Shown here one piece after another: positions 1-15,800 of a DNA stretch of 64,000 nucleotides. How positions within the stretch are numbered: the stretch's first letter is position 1; every line of letters starts with the position of its first letter. The position numbers and the translations under genes are program-made. Origin of the DNA: the human T2T-CHM13v2.0 reference genome, Homo sapiens. Where the stretch lies: assembly GCF_009914755.1 (NCBI RefSeq), contig NC_060927.1; one strand, given 5' to 3'. The notes under the pieces were generated by a model. The model had not been told where the DNA came from and searched no databases. It saw only the letters and a list, made by a program, of their open reading frames with translations.

Positions 1-58
1 GCATTGACAAACAACTGTGCACCATGGCCTAGCCAAGTTGACACAAAATTAACCATAA
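1..58 (-). mobile_element. MLT2-like (ERVL) LTR 5' end, cut by window edge
   Basis: ggcctagccaagttgacacaaaattaaccat is the reverse complement of the MLT2 start TGTGATGGTTAATTTTATGTGTCAACTTG. Confidence 0.65.
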
Positions 59-90
59 TCCCCCACCTCCAAATAACTGTCATTTCAATT

Positions 91-268
91 TAGTGGCTCT
101 CAAACTTGAGCAGGAATCAGAATCCCCTGGAACACTTGTTTGAAACACAATTGCTGGGCTCCACACTCCTGATTCAGGAGGTCTAGGGTTGGGCCCCAAA
201 ATTTGTATTTCAAACAAGTCCCGGGTAACGCTGATTCTGCTGGTCCAGGGATCATACTTTGAGAATGA
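91..268. mobile_element. MER5A (hAT-Charlie MITE)
   Basis: agtggctctcaaacttgagc...gaatcagaatcccctgga...gctggtccagggatcatactttgagaa. Confidence 0.8.
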
Positions 269-982
269 TAAGATTACATAATTCAGGGTCTGACCCTTAG
301 CCTCGTGGCCCAGAAACTGATTTTGTTATCATAAGAAAGATAATTTTATTTATCAGGGATGTACCCAGTAAACCATGATTCCAAACCTGATGTGTAAAAT
401 AGCAATGCCAATTTATTGATTTATGATAAGCACTAAAACTACGGTGGTGAGCAGAACAATCCTGTCAGCCTGGGAGGGGCAGTCCATCCTGTGGGCAGCT
501 CCACTGAAAGGTGAGCAGTCAGTAATTGGAAGGAACTGGGGATCCCAGCCAATGATCCAAAACAGGTGATTTAATTGCTGCAACCGCTCCCACCGCCAGA
601 AGGGTCATATTCTCAGTTCCTGCCCAAGGCCCCCCTCTACCTGGACTTTATACTTGGATTAAGACAGGGGCAACTTTGGAGGAATGGATGTTTTCAGTTG
701 AAAGCTTTGGTATTTACTGGGCTGAAAGAGTGCTCCTCTCTGCTCCTCAGACTCTACTCAGCAGCTGGGCTCAAAGTTCATAGAAATTGGAAATGCTTTT
801 AGTGAATCATTAAAATGTTACCTTTTACAGAAACTTTTTATTGGATATAACTTATACTGTTTTTATGAAAGAGGAACTTGAGCAGCATTAGAATGTGTTA
901 ATGTATGTCCTTCATATGCTCGGTTTCCTTTCTTGGTAATAATTTGAGTGAAGTTACAATCTTTCTGTAAAAGACTATTTCC

Positions 983-1273
<291 letters not shown>

Positions 1274-1784
1274 GGCTATTTCCATCTTTCTCTGCACATT
1301 GAGAGGACCTGACTTTGAAAAAATACTTATACATTTCATATTTTCAAAATTTTTCATGTCCACTTAGAAGCATTTTTTTCCCCTAAGCTTTGGCTTTCTG
1401 CCTTTATCATTGCTATTTTAAGATTTTTACATGAAAAATGGGATTTGTTTCTTAATCCTTTAAACCAAATTGTGTTGTGAAAAAGTTGTGTTTATGTTAT
1501 TTATTTTAATATTCTTTTTTTAGAATCCTGCAATTATCCTCAGCATGGAAAGTTTGGCCCTAAAACCGCTTCTGAGAAATCAGAATGTGGCCTGAGTCTG
1601 GGCGGACCCCTCACACCTTGCCTGCCTTGGACTTCTTATGAAACACAATTGAATAGATAACCTAAGGCAAGGGGATAAGGTGGCCCTGGAACTTCCTCAA
1701 AGGAATAGGGACCTCAGCGCAGATAAGTAGATTCAACCACTCAGTGCAGGGAGGTGCAGTCTCACGTTTAACCTCTCAGTTTCA

Positions 1785-2260
1785 TTGTCATATCAGCCCA
1801 GGGGCCCATCAGCAAATAGAAACCATTCTAAGAATTTCAGGGAGCAGATTTAATGCAAGGAATCAGTTAAACAAGTGAAAAAAAACACAGAAAGAGCAAA
1901 ATGTGGAAACCAAGGTAACACAGAGACTAGTAACGGCAAGAAGCAGCCACCACTCCTGGGACCAAGACAACAAAAGGGAAGAGGCGATGTTACCAGAACC
2001 TTCCCGGCAGGTGCCTGCTGTGGCTCAGGCATAGCCCTCAGGGAGGGGAGACAGAGTCCTGCTTGGGGCATCTGGCAACCTCAGTCAAGTCACAGCAGGG
2101 GTGCCCAAGGGCCAGCTTTCTGCAGCTGCTGGAGGGGTGTCCTACAGGAGTTGGGCCCTCCTCTTGCTGGCCATTCCCCCATGCCTCCCATTGGCAAGAT
2201 CTAGCAGGGAGCCAGGTGAGAAAGGAGCCTGGGAAACATCCTTCACACAGTCTTAGCATC
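1785..2260. mobile_element. Old LTR-like element, family uncertain
   Basis: cagcaaatagaaaccattctaagaatttcagg...atttaatgcaaggaatcagtta resembles ancient MaLR/ERVL/Gypsy-type LTR ends. Confidence 0.4.
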
Positions 2261-2849
2261 AGAGCAGAAGCCCGTGGCTTCCTTTGCTTTCCCTCTTCCT
2301 TGTTGGCCTTTATTATCAGTTGTATTCACTTATCTGACTATAAAACAGGGTAATATTAGTGAGAGAGGAATCTGTTACTGATAAAGAACAAGGAAAGGAA
2401 TCCATTAATCCCTTTTGATTATCATACAGATTATTCCCCAGTGATTATTAGAAAATACTTTTATCTTAATGAGGAAAAATCTCAATTTATTTTTAAAATC
2501 CTGGAAAATGGAATGCCGGGTAATATTCTTATTTAACTTTTGACATTTTTTAAAAAGTCATGTTCTATTTGGGGTATGAACGTGTGTGCCCATAATAATT
2601 ATTTTCATCTGTGTGTGTCTATCTTGGGCCTAGAAAAAAAATGACTCATTTTCTTCTAAAGATTAGAATTCCATGGGCATCTCTTTTTGGTACAATTCCT
2701 TTGTTTGTTCATTCCTGGAGATAATGGAGTTGGTACTGATAGTGCCCTCCTTGTATTGTATTCAGCTCAGTTCAATGAGTCTTTATTAGGGGGCCTGTCA
2801 AGTGCCAGGCTGTGCCTCAAAGGTATGGAGGCAGAGGAGACTCAGGCGG

Positions 2850-3066
2850 TGTGGAAGAGCATGGCTTGGGGCATAGGACAGACTTGGCTTTGAATTCCAG
2901 TTCTACCGCCTAAGAGTCTCACCCTGTGGAGCTCAGTTGCTTCATCCTGGATGTGAGGATGAACACTGGTACTGCAAGGCTGTTAAAGAATTGTATGTGG
3001 TAAAGCACTTGACAATTGTCTGGAACATAATAAAGGCTTCATAAATGGTAACATGTTGTTATTATT
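2850..3066 (+). mobile_element. MIR
   Basis: agacttggctttgaattccagttctacc...gtaaagcacttgacaattgtctggaacataa. Confidence 0.7.
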
Positions 3067-3983
3067 TTGATAATCATCTATGGTTTGGGTACAGACTTTT
3101 TAGTCATTGTAAAATTTAATAGTAGAGTTTTTGTTTGCTTAGATATCTGTATTTCATTCACACAATTAGTTGGCATTTTAGTTGTTTATTAGTTTTTAGT
3201 CATTGGCCTAGAAGGAAATGGCTACAGTTCCCTTGCTCATCTCTAGTAAGGATTTGAAGTGGCTGGATTGTCATTTATAAGGTTTTAACAAGAGAATTTT
3301 TAAAAATTCAAATGCTTTAACCATTTTTCAGGCCTTTGGTTTTCATATTTACTTACAAGTTGATAGTTTGTTTATTGGAATGGAGATTTTATTTGGGGTT
3401 GGGTGTAGAGATGTGTTCTGTTCTAGTGGCTAGAGTACTGAATTAAAATTTTAGAAAGAATTTGGATGTAATTTTTAACTGAATCAGGAATTTGTTCATA
3501 GCCTTAAGCAACCTGTTTTATTCTCTCTGCTTGTTTTCATTGTGTGTTTGCCATCTCCTTGACTCACAATGGTCTTATAAGAGTTAATGAAAATGTTTGC
3601 AACCAGTGTATTTTTATCTTGGATGACAAGAGCTGTGTACAAACTGTAACTTACCCTACTTTTGTTAATATGCGACAGGATTCTTAGCCCTCGCCATGTA
3701 TCATAATCCTTGAGTGCGTTTAACATGTTCAGACCCAAGAAATCGCATCCCCCACCATAAGATTCTGATTTATTTAGGACCCTAGCATTAGTGTGTGTAC
3801 TCTTGTGTGTGCACTGTCTCTGTCTCTCTCTGTCTCTCTGTCTCTCTCAGCTTCCTAGGTAGTTTTAACATGCAATCAGGATTGAAAACCACTGGCGTAA
3901 AGGATAAAGCCAATCTTTGTGCTTGGTTCTTTCTCTTATATTGTGTCTGTTGGCCATTTTCTTGCCTATTGGATATAGGCAGA

Positions 3984-4735
<752 letters not shown>

Positions 4736-5042
4736 AGCAAGAATAAAATTCAAATCCATACTTTTTCTCATTTGAGTACAGAAACCTCTGAGTCAGCCAC
4801 AGCTTCCCTCCTCTACAGTTTCTGATGGGTAAGAGAGGAAGATTTTGTAAAGTCTCTTAAGTGATAATACCATGTTCAGAATTTTAATTTTATGATTTCT
4901 TTAAAAGGCTGCCAATTTTTAGATTTTCAGGTGCTTTAATAGCTTGTTTCAGAAGTGGATTGCATAACAGTTGGGTCTCATTGTGCTGAAATGGTGCATT
5001 GCTGAAGTCTCCCTCAGGTAGAGAACTTTTCTGCTACTAATG

Positions 5043-5335
5043 CAGTGATTCTCAACAGGGAGTAGGTGTGGCTTATTCTTGAATTTTTTCTTCCAGCAAG
5101 AATTTTGTGTGTTAGACCCCCCTACATACAAAAAGACTAGATTCCGGACCTCAAGGTCAAGGCCAAAGAACTCACCTCTAGTGGTCAGTATACTTGTATT
5201 TCAACATAATTGGTTTTCTTTGTAATCCTGTTTTTTACTATATGCATGTAAGATATCATTCTGAGAAGGGGTCCACAGGCTTCCCCAGAGTGCCAAAGGG
5301 GCCCTCCATGGCACAAAAATGATTAGGAGCTCCTA
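5043..5335. mobile_element. hAT-Charlie MER-type fragment
   Basis: cagtgattctcaacaggg ... attctgagaaggggtccacaggcttccccagagtgccaaaggg...ccatggcacaaaaa. Confidence 0.5.
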
Positions 5336-5859
5336 GGAGAGGCCAAAAAATAGTATTGTAATAAAATGGTAGGTCTCACCACAAAGATGACCTTCAGATG
5401 CAAGAAGCTGCCCAAGGGAGGGGAAAGGCTCCTGGCAGTGGTTTCCAACTCTAGCTACTTGTTGGGATGATGGGTGGAGGCGGGGTGATGTCCTCTTAAA
5501 AAGCATGAGCATCTGGGACCCACTCCTAGAGATTCTGATTTGATTGGCCTGGGGACTCTGACCTCTATCACAGAAGAAGTGTCGCGTTTGGTAGATGTGA
5601 GGTAGAATGGGAAGACCTAAGAAAGCAGGACAGAAATCAGGGACTCAGTAAAGGAGCGGTGAACTGTACTATAGAGCTGCGATATAGATGTGGTTAATAA
5701 GTCCCTTAGCCCTCCCTGTTTCTGCTCCAATTCTTCTGCTAAACACGGTCTGCTAAAGACTCTCCGTGACCTTAGAGCAGGATAGAACCAAACTTAGACA
5801 TTTGGCAGCGCAACTAACCTTCCCTAGCCAGCCTATTTCCTAGTAGGGAAGATAGGTCT

Positions 5860-6150
5860 CCAGTGGTTAAGAATGTGGGCATGAGCCAGACTGCTTCAAG
5901 GCTAATCCCAGCTCTTCCACTCACTAGCTATGTGATCTTTGGAAATTTACTTAATCTCTCTGCCTCAGTTTCCTCACTAGTAATAGTACTTCCCAGGATA
6001 GTACCAACAGGTGAATGGGATAGGTACTTCTGTTGGCTCAATTTCCAGATGAGACTTACAGATGCTAAGTAACTTGCCCAAGACATCACGGCCAGTAAGG
6101 GGTCAGAGCTGGGACTGGAAACTATACCTCTGATACCCAGACAGGGGTTC
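5860..6150. mobile_element. Two MIR fragments in opposite orientation
   Basis: cagtggttaagaatgtgggc...ctctctgcctcagtttcctca (+) followed by cagatgagacttacagatgctaagtaacttgcccaag (-). Confidence 0.7.
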
Positions 6151-6159
6151 CTGACATGC

Positions 6160-7000
6160 AAAGAGTCCCTGGACTGAGTAATAAATGTGGTAAAACTATG
6201 CTATAGACACAGTGGTGGTCCAAAGAAAGTGTTCACTTCATTTGGGTAGGTTAGAGGAGGAGAATCTTGAGCTGGGTCCTGAAAAATAATTAGAAATTTG
6301 CCAGGAGGATGTGGAAGGAGATATTCCAGGCAGAGGGAACAACGTGTGTAAAATTATGGAGACAAGGAAGAGCAGTTTGCTCTGGGGACCATATGGCCAT
6401 GGAGTAGGATGTGTTGACGGAAGCCAATAGTAAGAGGGAGGCTGTGGAGCAATGTTTCTCCAGGGTTTTGCTGCATCAGATATATATTAGTAGCATTTGA
6501 TGTGCAGATTCTGGGCCTCTCCCCAGGCATAATGAATCAAAATCACTGAGGTTAGAGTTTGGCAAACTGCATTTTAAAGGAAGCAAGCCATATGAATGTG
6601 TAAGAACTAAGATTAGGTGAACCACAGACAAGGATGGAGGCAAAAAGTAGATCATAGCAGGCCTTATGTATGCTAAGGTGCTTGGATTTGGGCAGAGCCA
6701 CTGCAGGTCAGATAGATCACTGGACACAGTGTAGAAGATGGAATGAAAGAGGTTTGTTGGGGAGTGGTGTCTGATGGTGGTGAGAATGCATTCTAGTGGG
6801 GAGATACTAGTTTTAAGAAAAGGTACTCCCGAACTAAGACAAGTTGGGGGCAGTAGAAGAGAGAACAGCAGAAATACAAGCCATATAAAGCACGTTGAAT
6901 CATCAGAAGCTAGGGGGAGAGGGAAGGGGGAAGCATTGAGGAATCGGAGGAGTGTTGGTTGTTGGGCTGGCACAAAGTGACTGCTTGGAACTCAGTGAGT
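6160..7000 (-). mobile_element. L2 remnant with nested MER5 fragment (~6490-6610)
   Basis: attccaggcagagggaacaacgtgtgtaaa L2 signature; gcagattctgggcctctcccca...ctgcattttaaa MER5 signature. Confidence 0.6.
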
Positions 7001-8089
7001 CTTTGATGTGCTGCTTGCAAGGGAGACCTGCCAGGGAGGAGTGATCATGCACCCAGCCTTCCCAGATTTCCCAGAGGAAAGCAGCGATGTAAAATGTGAA
7101 CATAGCGTGACTGGAGCAATGACATCTGCAGGTGACAGGGAGAAAGCCATCTGCTTAGCTACAGCCCCCCTCTCCTGACACTTTTTAGTTCATGATCATG
7201 ATGGTAAAAAAATTTGGAGTTTTGATTTGGGGCATAAGATGCAATGCAAAGAATTGAGAACCATTGTCTTACAGCAAAGTACTGACCTATTAAATATTTG
7301 GGGGTGACAGAAAGACCTGACATTGACCATGGGGAAGTGAAGTAATAATCACCCTTGGAGAGTATCAAGGCAAAAGTCATGAAAGGGAGGTAAAACTAAA
7401 ACCATATACTCTGTATGACAGGAAGGGAAATGACTGAAATTTTCTGGACAAGCACCACAGTGTCTTTCTTCCCGATGATGTCATTTGGTTAGAACAAGGA
7501 CTTAACCAGCTACTGAATTATTACAGTTTTCCATGACTAACTGACTTTTTCTGTTATGTTTGGTCTTAAGCTTTCTGTTGCCCAGGAGATCCACATCTAC
7601 ATGTTCAACCTCAAACCCTTCACAATTATTTTTTACATAAAGGACTGTGTTTTTTGTTTGTTTTGTTTTGTAAAATCCTCTAGATTAATAGGAGGCAACA
7701 GTACCACTCATTTCTAAAGCATACTATTTATAAGTTGGTAAGGTTGTTGCATGCTTTTGAACTTGAATATTTATTTTGTCCCTCTTGGAAACAGTATCTA
7801 GCACATCACTGTAAAACTTGATTTTATTGAATGCCCTTTAGTTTCTCTTAGGTTAAAATGTGGAGCTTATACAGTCACTTGTAATTTCCTCAGTCTTACC
7901 TTCAGATTCTTCCTCTAAAGGATTTTTCTTTCTTCCTTTCCATTTTTACTTTAAAATGAATTAAGCATGATACCAACTTCATGCAGTTTCTTATTGTGAA
8001 GAACACATTGGTAAGATTGAAATGTTATTAGTCTAATTCTGTGCTATATTTTGAAATAAAATCTTCTGGAACAAATGTAAATCTAATGA

Positions 8090-8743
<654 letters not shown>

Positions 8744-8769
8744 ATTAGTATTACACAAACTGGAAAGCT

Positions 8770-8990
8770 GGCTTTGCGGAATAAGAGCAGGTTTTGGAAA
8801 TAGCTGGACTGGATCTTAATCTTTTCTGTTTCTGCTAGCCATGTGACCTTGAGCAAATTACTTGACATCTCTGTGCCTTAATTTTGACATCTGTAAAATG
8901 GGAGTATTAATACTACTTAATTTCACAGGCTTTTTAGGAGGTTTAAATGGCAATGTGTGTACCTGGCTCAAAATTACTGTTAGTTATTTT
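8770..8990 (+). mobile_element. MIR
   Basis: gccatgtgaccttgagcaaattacttgacatctctgtgcctt...catctgtaaaatggg core. Confidence 0.8.
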
Positions 8991-9024
8991 TCCTTATCTT
9001 TTTCTTCTTCATTATCATGATTTA

Positions 9025-9372
<348 letters not shown>

Positions 9373-9859
9373 ACAGCCAAACAAGGCTTATTTTTCCAGA
9401 GGCTTGCTACAGTTTTCTATGCCTAGTTGGCTCTGAACACATTACTAAATCTGAGCTTTTAAATTAGAATAATCATGAGTTAAAACAAAGTGAATTTAAA
9501 ATTCTTTCCTTATTTCTTGAACTTTTGCTTTTAATGATAGTTGCAAAGCTCCTGGAATTTTCCACCAAGTTATCTTCCACTTGGGGCCTCATGTATGCAA
9601 ATGAGAGGAGTTGGGTAATGAAGAGGGAGAGGGAGACACTGAACAGGGCAATTATTTGACCTACATTCCTTTACTCTGGTGTTCAAGAGGCTTTATTCAT
9701 ATTTGTGTGTGCAGTCCTTTGTAACTGTTTGCAAATTTCGTCTCCTCAGACATTCTTTCTTCCTGAGGTAATAGATGTGCACACCACTGGGGCACTCAGA
9801 CACAGGTATGCTGTCTTGGCTTCTCTGTTAGAAAGGAAAGGCTAAGGCCACTACGCAGC

Positions 9860-10770
9860 ACAGTGAAAAGAAGCAGACTTCAGGGTCCCCAGACTTGCAT
9901 TTGAATCTTAACCCTGGGCAAATTACTTCACCTCGCTGAGCATCAACTTCTCTCTCATCTGTGAAATAATGAAGTAGAGGATTACAAAGAGGATGGCACT
10001 GAACCTGGCACACAAAATATATGTTTATCCAATAAAAGTCTCCTTGCTGCCTTCTTGAGGAGTGCCAGGGATACGGGTGACCGGGGATACAGGTGTCTTG
10101 TCACAAGACGGACAAGCCTGCTGGCCAACTGACAGACAATCCAACAGGTTTAAGTGTGATAATAAGGGAATATGTGTAAGTGTGATAATAAGGGAATATG
10201 TGGTAGTGGTGAGAACGTATGGAAGACTTAAGCTGAGACCTGATGAGTGAGTTAGGAGCTTGCCATACAGTCTGGTGGGAGTGCAAGAGAGAGCCTGGCA
10301 CACAGAAGTTTCGTAAGGCTGCCTAGGACAGGAGGGATGGGTTGGGGCCAGATTAAAAGGGCCTTCTCAGCCTCATTTTAAAATTTGGACTTTATCCTAA
10401 GAATAGTGAGAAACTTATTGCAGCATTTTAAGTGGAGAAGTGATGCAACAGATTTGGATTCTAGAAAGATAACTTAAGGTAGATATTAGATTTGAGGGGT
10501 AGCTACACCATTGCCTGGGGTCTAGTTCAGTTGGGACCCCCAGTTGAAGTCCTCCAGATGAGAGATGATGGAGGACTGATCTTGGAAGGCTTCCAGGAAG
10601 AAGAAAGTAGTGCTTTCATTCATTCACTTATTCCCCACATATTAATTGAGTATCTATTATGTGCCATGCACTAACTTCAAAGGGTATGGTAGTGAACAAA
10701 ACAAAGCCCCTACCTCAGTGGAGCTACATTCAACATAAAACACAGATGAGTCTATGAGTAAATGAATGTA
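9860..10770. mobile_element. MIR followed by L2 fragments
   Basis: MIR core catctgtgaaataatg; L2 features tttggactttatcctaag and ttcattcattcactt...attgagtatctattatgtgcca. Confidence 0.6.
10151..10202. repeat. Perfect 26-bp tandem duplication
   Basis: taagtgtgataataagggaatatgtg x2. Confidence 0.95.
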
Positions 10771-13309
10771 AACAAAACACAGATAACACTCTGATTTTAT
10801 GACCAAGTTGATACCCACCTCCCTGAACCCACCTTTAGAAGGAGAAGTCGAGTGTAATTGAGCAGTTATTACTCAGGCCCACCTCTCCAATGCGCAGAGA
10901 TCTCTGGGGATATCTCTTACCAGGATAATGTCACACCTGCTCCAGCAGCCCTTTTTGGGGCTGCCCCCTCCCTCACTAACAAGTACTAGAAGGGAACCAA
11001 TTCAAAGCCAGGGTCGGAAACTCAGACACTTAAAGGGGCAGAATATTGTTATGAGCTTTATGGTACACAGATGGTATCTGGAGCAAGAACGTGAACTTTG
11101 CATCAAGACCATTGGGTCTGAGGAACAGTGACCTCAATAGTAATTGCTGCTCTGTGGCTGCATGACAGTGATTCTCCACATGGGGCCTTTACTGACTGGT
11201 GGCCCGTGAAGGTCCTAGTGACATAAGGAAAAGCTAACCATGCCAGATCTTTCTTTTGTTGTTAAGGGCCCATGACCTGCAGTTTCCCTAACATTCATTT
11301 TTATACAGGGCAGAGGTATGTGTGCGAGCTCAGATACCTTAAATTCATATGCCTTTAATACAATCCAGGCAGATTTCTAAATGAGGGATGCTTCCCCACA
11401 AATGGAGAGTGAAAGTGGGCCAGCCTAAAAGGACCTCCATAGCACTGTGCATGGCCAGCTGTTTGTGGCTGTACCAAAAATGCAGGTCATAGGATTTTTA
11501 TGTGAAAATTTCTATATTTAAATGTTGGCAACTAAGTCTGTTTTTTTTTTTTTTTAATATGCAGTTTTTAATCATCTGTGGGCTGGATTCTTCCTTTATC
11601 TTTTCCAAGGCTGCCTTGTAAAAACGTCCACTGCTGGCATCTGCTTTTCTTCCTTTTCACTCCCCAGTCCTGGGTCCTTTAGTCTCTCATTATATCAAAT
11701 ACGAGTGACTCAAATTTAGCCAAAATTTTCTTGAATTTATGGAAAAGCTATATACAAAAGTAAGTTTCTGTATACAAGTATTTTATATCAGGAAGAATTT
11801 TCAGTTGGGGATGGTAACAGTTACTGTAAGTAAGATATGGTTATAAATGTTGTTTCTCTAAGGGGAGAAATTTCTGATGTCTAGTCAATTTACAAACCTG
11901 TGTTCTAGAACATAAACATTTGTTTGTAAGTAAAAGAAAGAAAGTACATGCAGATGCATTAAATCCATACTTACACCCAGTATATATGAGTACATAATAT
12001 ACTTTTCTTGGGAATTATCAGATACTTTTTCCTGAATCAAATGATGAAGACTATTTAAAGTAGAAAAGAGAGAAAACCAGTCTATTCTGCATGGACATTT
12101 TGTTATCACTTTTATGGTAAGCAGTTCCATAAGTGTGTGCCTCTGTTTTGGCATAATAAAATTTTACATTACTTCTTAAATTAAGTACAAGTTTTGAAAA
12201 GGAAAAAAAATTAACCTCCTGTTATAATCAAAATCTTTCACTTTCTAAAAATCAGAGTATCTTCTTTTAAAGGGAGTTATTTATTCAATAAAAATTCTAT
12301 ATTTCTATATACCTTACAATTTTTTAAAATTCTGGTACACACAGTATCCTTATAATCACTTTTTCTTTCTATTTATATCCTTAAAAACATCTGCACGAGG
12401 TAGGAAAAAAACTCAGATTTTAATGAAATCATAAAAACAAAAGAACTTGATGCAGCCCACAGCACCTGCTAACCATACAATGTGTTTACAGTTGTTATTG
12501 CTACAATTAATAATATCACTATTGTCATTATAAGTGTGATTGACAGTTGAAGAAACTAAGTCTTAAGGAAGTTAAGGCCACCATGGTTATAAAATTAGTC
12601 AATTTTAGAGACTAAACCTTATTAAATCACAGGTCTATGGACTTAAAATCCATAACCTTTCATTTATACCAATAAAAAACAAAAGAACAAAGAGGGCCTT
12701 TTGTTATTGTAACACCTTTATGTGCTGGGTGCATTGTCCATATTAGCTTATTTATTTATTTTTATTTTTTGGCAGGTACTGTATGAGGTTTCATTTTATA
12801 GATAAAGAAACTGAAAAAGAGGTTAAGTCACTTACCAAGGTCACATTGCAAGTAAATGGCAAAGCCAAAAAAATGCTCCTATGTCTGAATGCCAAGGCTC
12901 CTGATCTCCTGGAGTGCATTGTATCTAATTGATAGTTGCAAGTAACCAGTATTTTACTTTTAATTGATAGCAGACATTTAAGAGGTGTGTGTCACTTGCA
13001 ACTAGAGCAAATTTTCTTCATTTCATAAAATTGCCAGCTACAGTAGAAGAAAGCAGTCATCTTCAATAGATAGGGTTTTCTGTAAAATAAACAAAAGGGT
13101 TTTGTGCCTGATTTTAAAAAAAAGAATTCTATTTCTTTCCATGTCTGAGAGGTGACCTTTCTGATGTTATACTGTGGGTGGAATTCATTCTGGAGGTTGT
13201 GAGTGGGATTTTGGGAGTATGATGGGAATGACTGATGAATCCATACTCCATTTGTAAGTGGCTTGTCGTGATGATGAATAGAGAAAACATAAACAGTGGA
13301 TATAGCAAA

Positions 13310-13795
13310 GTATCAGTTTGGATTAGGTTTAGGTGTAAGTGACAGAAAATCTAAAATGCTAGGACTTCAGAAAGGATAGTAGCTTATTTCTCATGCATGT
13401 AAAAGAAGTGTGGAGGTCAGGAGTCTTAAGGCAGGTTCAAGATGACTGAAGGTTTTTTCTTTTTTCAATCCTGCTCATCCTCAATACATGGCTTTCTGCC
13501 TCATGGTCCAAGTTGGCTCCTTAAAGACCTGCTATTGTGTTGTAATTGACTGTAGGAAGGAGAAAGGGAAGAAGAAGAACACATCTCCTTTCCTTTAAGG
13601 ACACTTCCCAGAAGTCACACGTGACACCTCTGCTTAAATTCAGTTAGCCGGAATTTAGTCACATGGTTGTGACCTCACACACATGCTGCAAGAGAGGCTG
13701 GAGAATGTATTCTTATCCTAAGCATCCATATGCCCAGCTAAAAGGTGTGTATGTGTGTGTGTGTGTGTGTTGCAAAGGGCAGGGGGAGTTCTATC
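13310..13795 (-). mobile_element. Old MLT1 (J/K/L-like) MaLR LTR with short (GT)n
   Basis: gtatcagtttggattaggtttagg...agtgacagaaaat; gaatttagtcacatgg...gctgcaagagaggctggagaatgta. Confidence 0.65.
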
Positions 13796-15244
13796 AATAA
13801 GGAAAAAGGAGAAAATATATTGGGGAAAGACTAATAAAGTATCCCATAGAAAGAATCAATGAAAACGAGTTAACCATGCAACATAGAAAGATTACTTCCA
13901 TTCCAGCCTCTATTCCAGAATACCTACCAAGTCCTTTGCCTAGGATAGGAATTCTAGAACAGACGTGTGGGTGTAAGTCCTAAACTTTAACTCTGAGCAC
14001 CTGTTTTTCAGTGAATGATAAAAATTGTTAGGAGCCCACATCTTTAAAAAGAAAGGCAAAGATAACCATATCCTTTATTTTTTTGAGCAGCTCCTTTGCA
14101 CACTGCTTCACTACAAATAAGACCTACCTAAGGAATTAGATCATGCACTAAGTCCAAACCTGCAGTTACTTCAGAAGCTTGTGACTTCCATTAGAAAGTC
14201 TGAACTCTCTAACGTAGATACAGACCCTGCATGTGGGGGTTGAATTTCAAAGTTCTTGTGCTGCTTTCATTGGCATGCACCCAGGGAAGTGTATGTATAC
14301 ATTGGGAATGTTTAGGGACCTGGCTACTTCTCTGTTTTCTTCTGTCACAGCGTTCCTTCGTCCAGGGGAATACTGAAATAATAATTCTAGCAACAATTTT
14401 TTAAATGCCAAACCAATTACATGTATATTTCACTTAAGCTTCAGAGCAGCCTGAATGGTAGGCTTTATCCATTCCCATTTTACAGATTTAGAAGCTCAGA
14501 AACAAAGTCACACAACTAGTAAGGAGATGTGCCAAGATTTAAACTTAGATCTGTTGGACTCCCAAATCCATACCCTGCATCACGATGGCCTCACACCTTT
14601 GAAAAATAGTACAATGACCCTTTTGATGTTTCTTTTTTGTATAATGACCTAAGGAAAGCAGAGAGGTCAAGTCAACTTTCCCTGGTCCCTGCAGTTGTAA
14701 TAGGGCTCCCTTCACCCTCTCAGTGATTCTTTACTGAGTTAGAGGTAAAACCCCACAATGAACTATAGGAAATCCCACTCTTTTAGAGCTCTGAGTATTT
14801 AGAGACTGATTTGGGCTGAGCAGGTGAGGGAGATTGGTAGCAGAGAGCTGGAACTGGAGGCCTGTTCTCTCTGTCAGTTCATTACTTTCAAAGGTCTGTT
14901 GCAGGGAGCCTCCTTGTCCTCCCAGTGTAAGGAAATATAATTGTGATCAATACATTTCCAAAAAATATATCTCCACTGCTAAGGACATGGTAAGGAAATG
15001 GAACAAATTAATAAAAAGGGCTTCTCAGCCAACTGGAAAAGAGGCAGGCCATGAGTATACAATGTCTTCCTCAGTTTTTCTTCCCCAGTTAAGCATTCTG
15101 GGTCCCCTCCCTCTCATTTATTTGCTGCTGTGATGTCTGCAGGGTAGGGTGAGCTGGCATAAAGTTTATTAAATAGTAGCTTGCAGATCACTTGCTACCA
15201 CATTTTCCAAAGCTTGCCTTTGTCCCCTCGGTGTATACTTGAGA

Positions 15245-15800
15245 TGCCTTCAGTCAGATGAAAATCATGGAAAACCAAACTAACCTGGCTTCACAGTGAT
15301 GAGATTGGTTGGCTCCTGGTTAGGAAAGGCTTCAGAATGTGTTTGTTTCATTGGCCCAATGGGGCATCACCAGGAATGCTGTTATTTTTTTTCTTTAAAC
15401 TTCTCTGCTCTGTTTTTTGCCGTCAGTTTCATTTACAGCTATCCTCCCACACCTTCCGGTTGCCAAATGATTTTCCTTTCCTTTGAGTTTATTCATCACT
15501 GTCTAGGGAGAGGGAGAAAAAGAAATGGTCACTTCCAAGAACTCTCTCAAAAGAGCCAGGAACTATTTTCCCAGTCATCCTCAGCAGATTTCTCCTCAAT
15601 CTCATTGGCCCAAATAGGGTGTGGTGTTTATCCTTGAACCCGTAAGTGGAGCCAGGGGATGGGATAATGAGCCACAAGCCCTACCACCTGATCAACTTCC
15701 CCCAAGCACCTGGGCTTTGCAGGAGGAATTGAAGGTGCTCAAATAAAAGTTAAGGTAGTTACTAAAAGAAGGAGAGTGGTGTTGGAAGAGCAACTACAGT
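15245..15800 (-). mobile_element. Old MLT1K-like MaLR LTR
   Basis: gaaaaccaaactaacctggctt...ctcattggcccaaatagg...ttgaaccc pattern. Confidence 0.5.

Noticed and set aside
6476-6973. Longest ORF in the track (165 aa)
   Set aside because: Runs through L2/MER5 remnants; S/L/P-rich with no recognisable domain.
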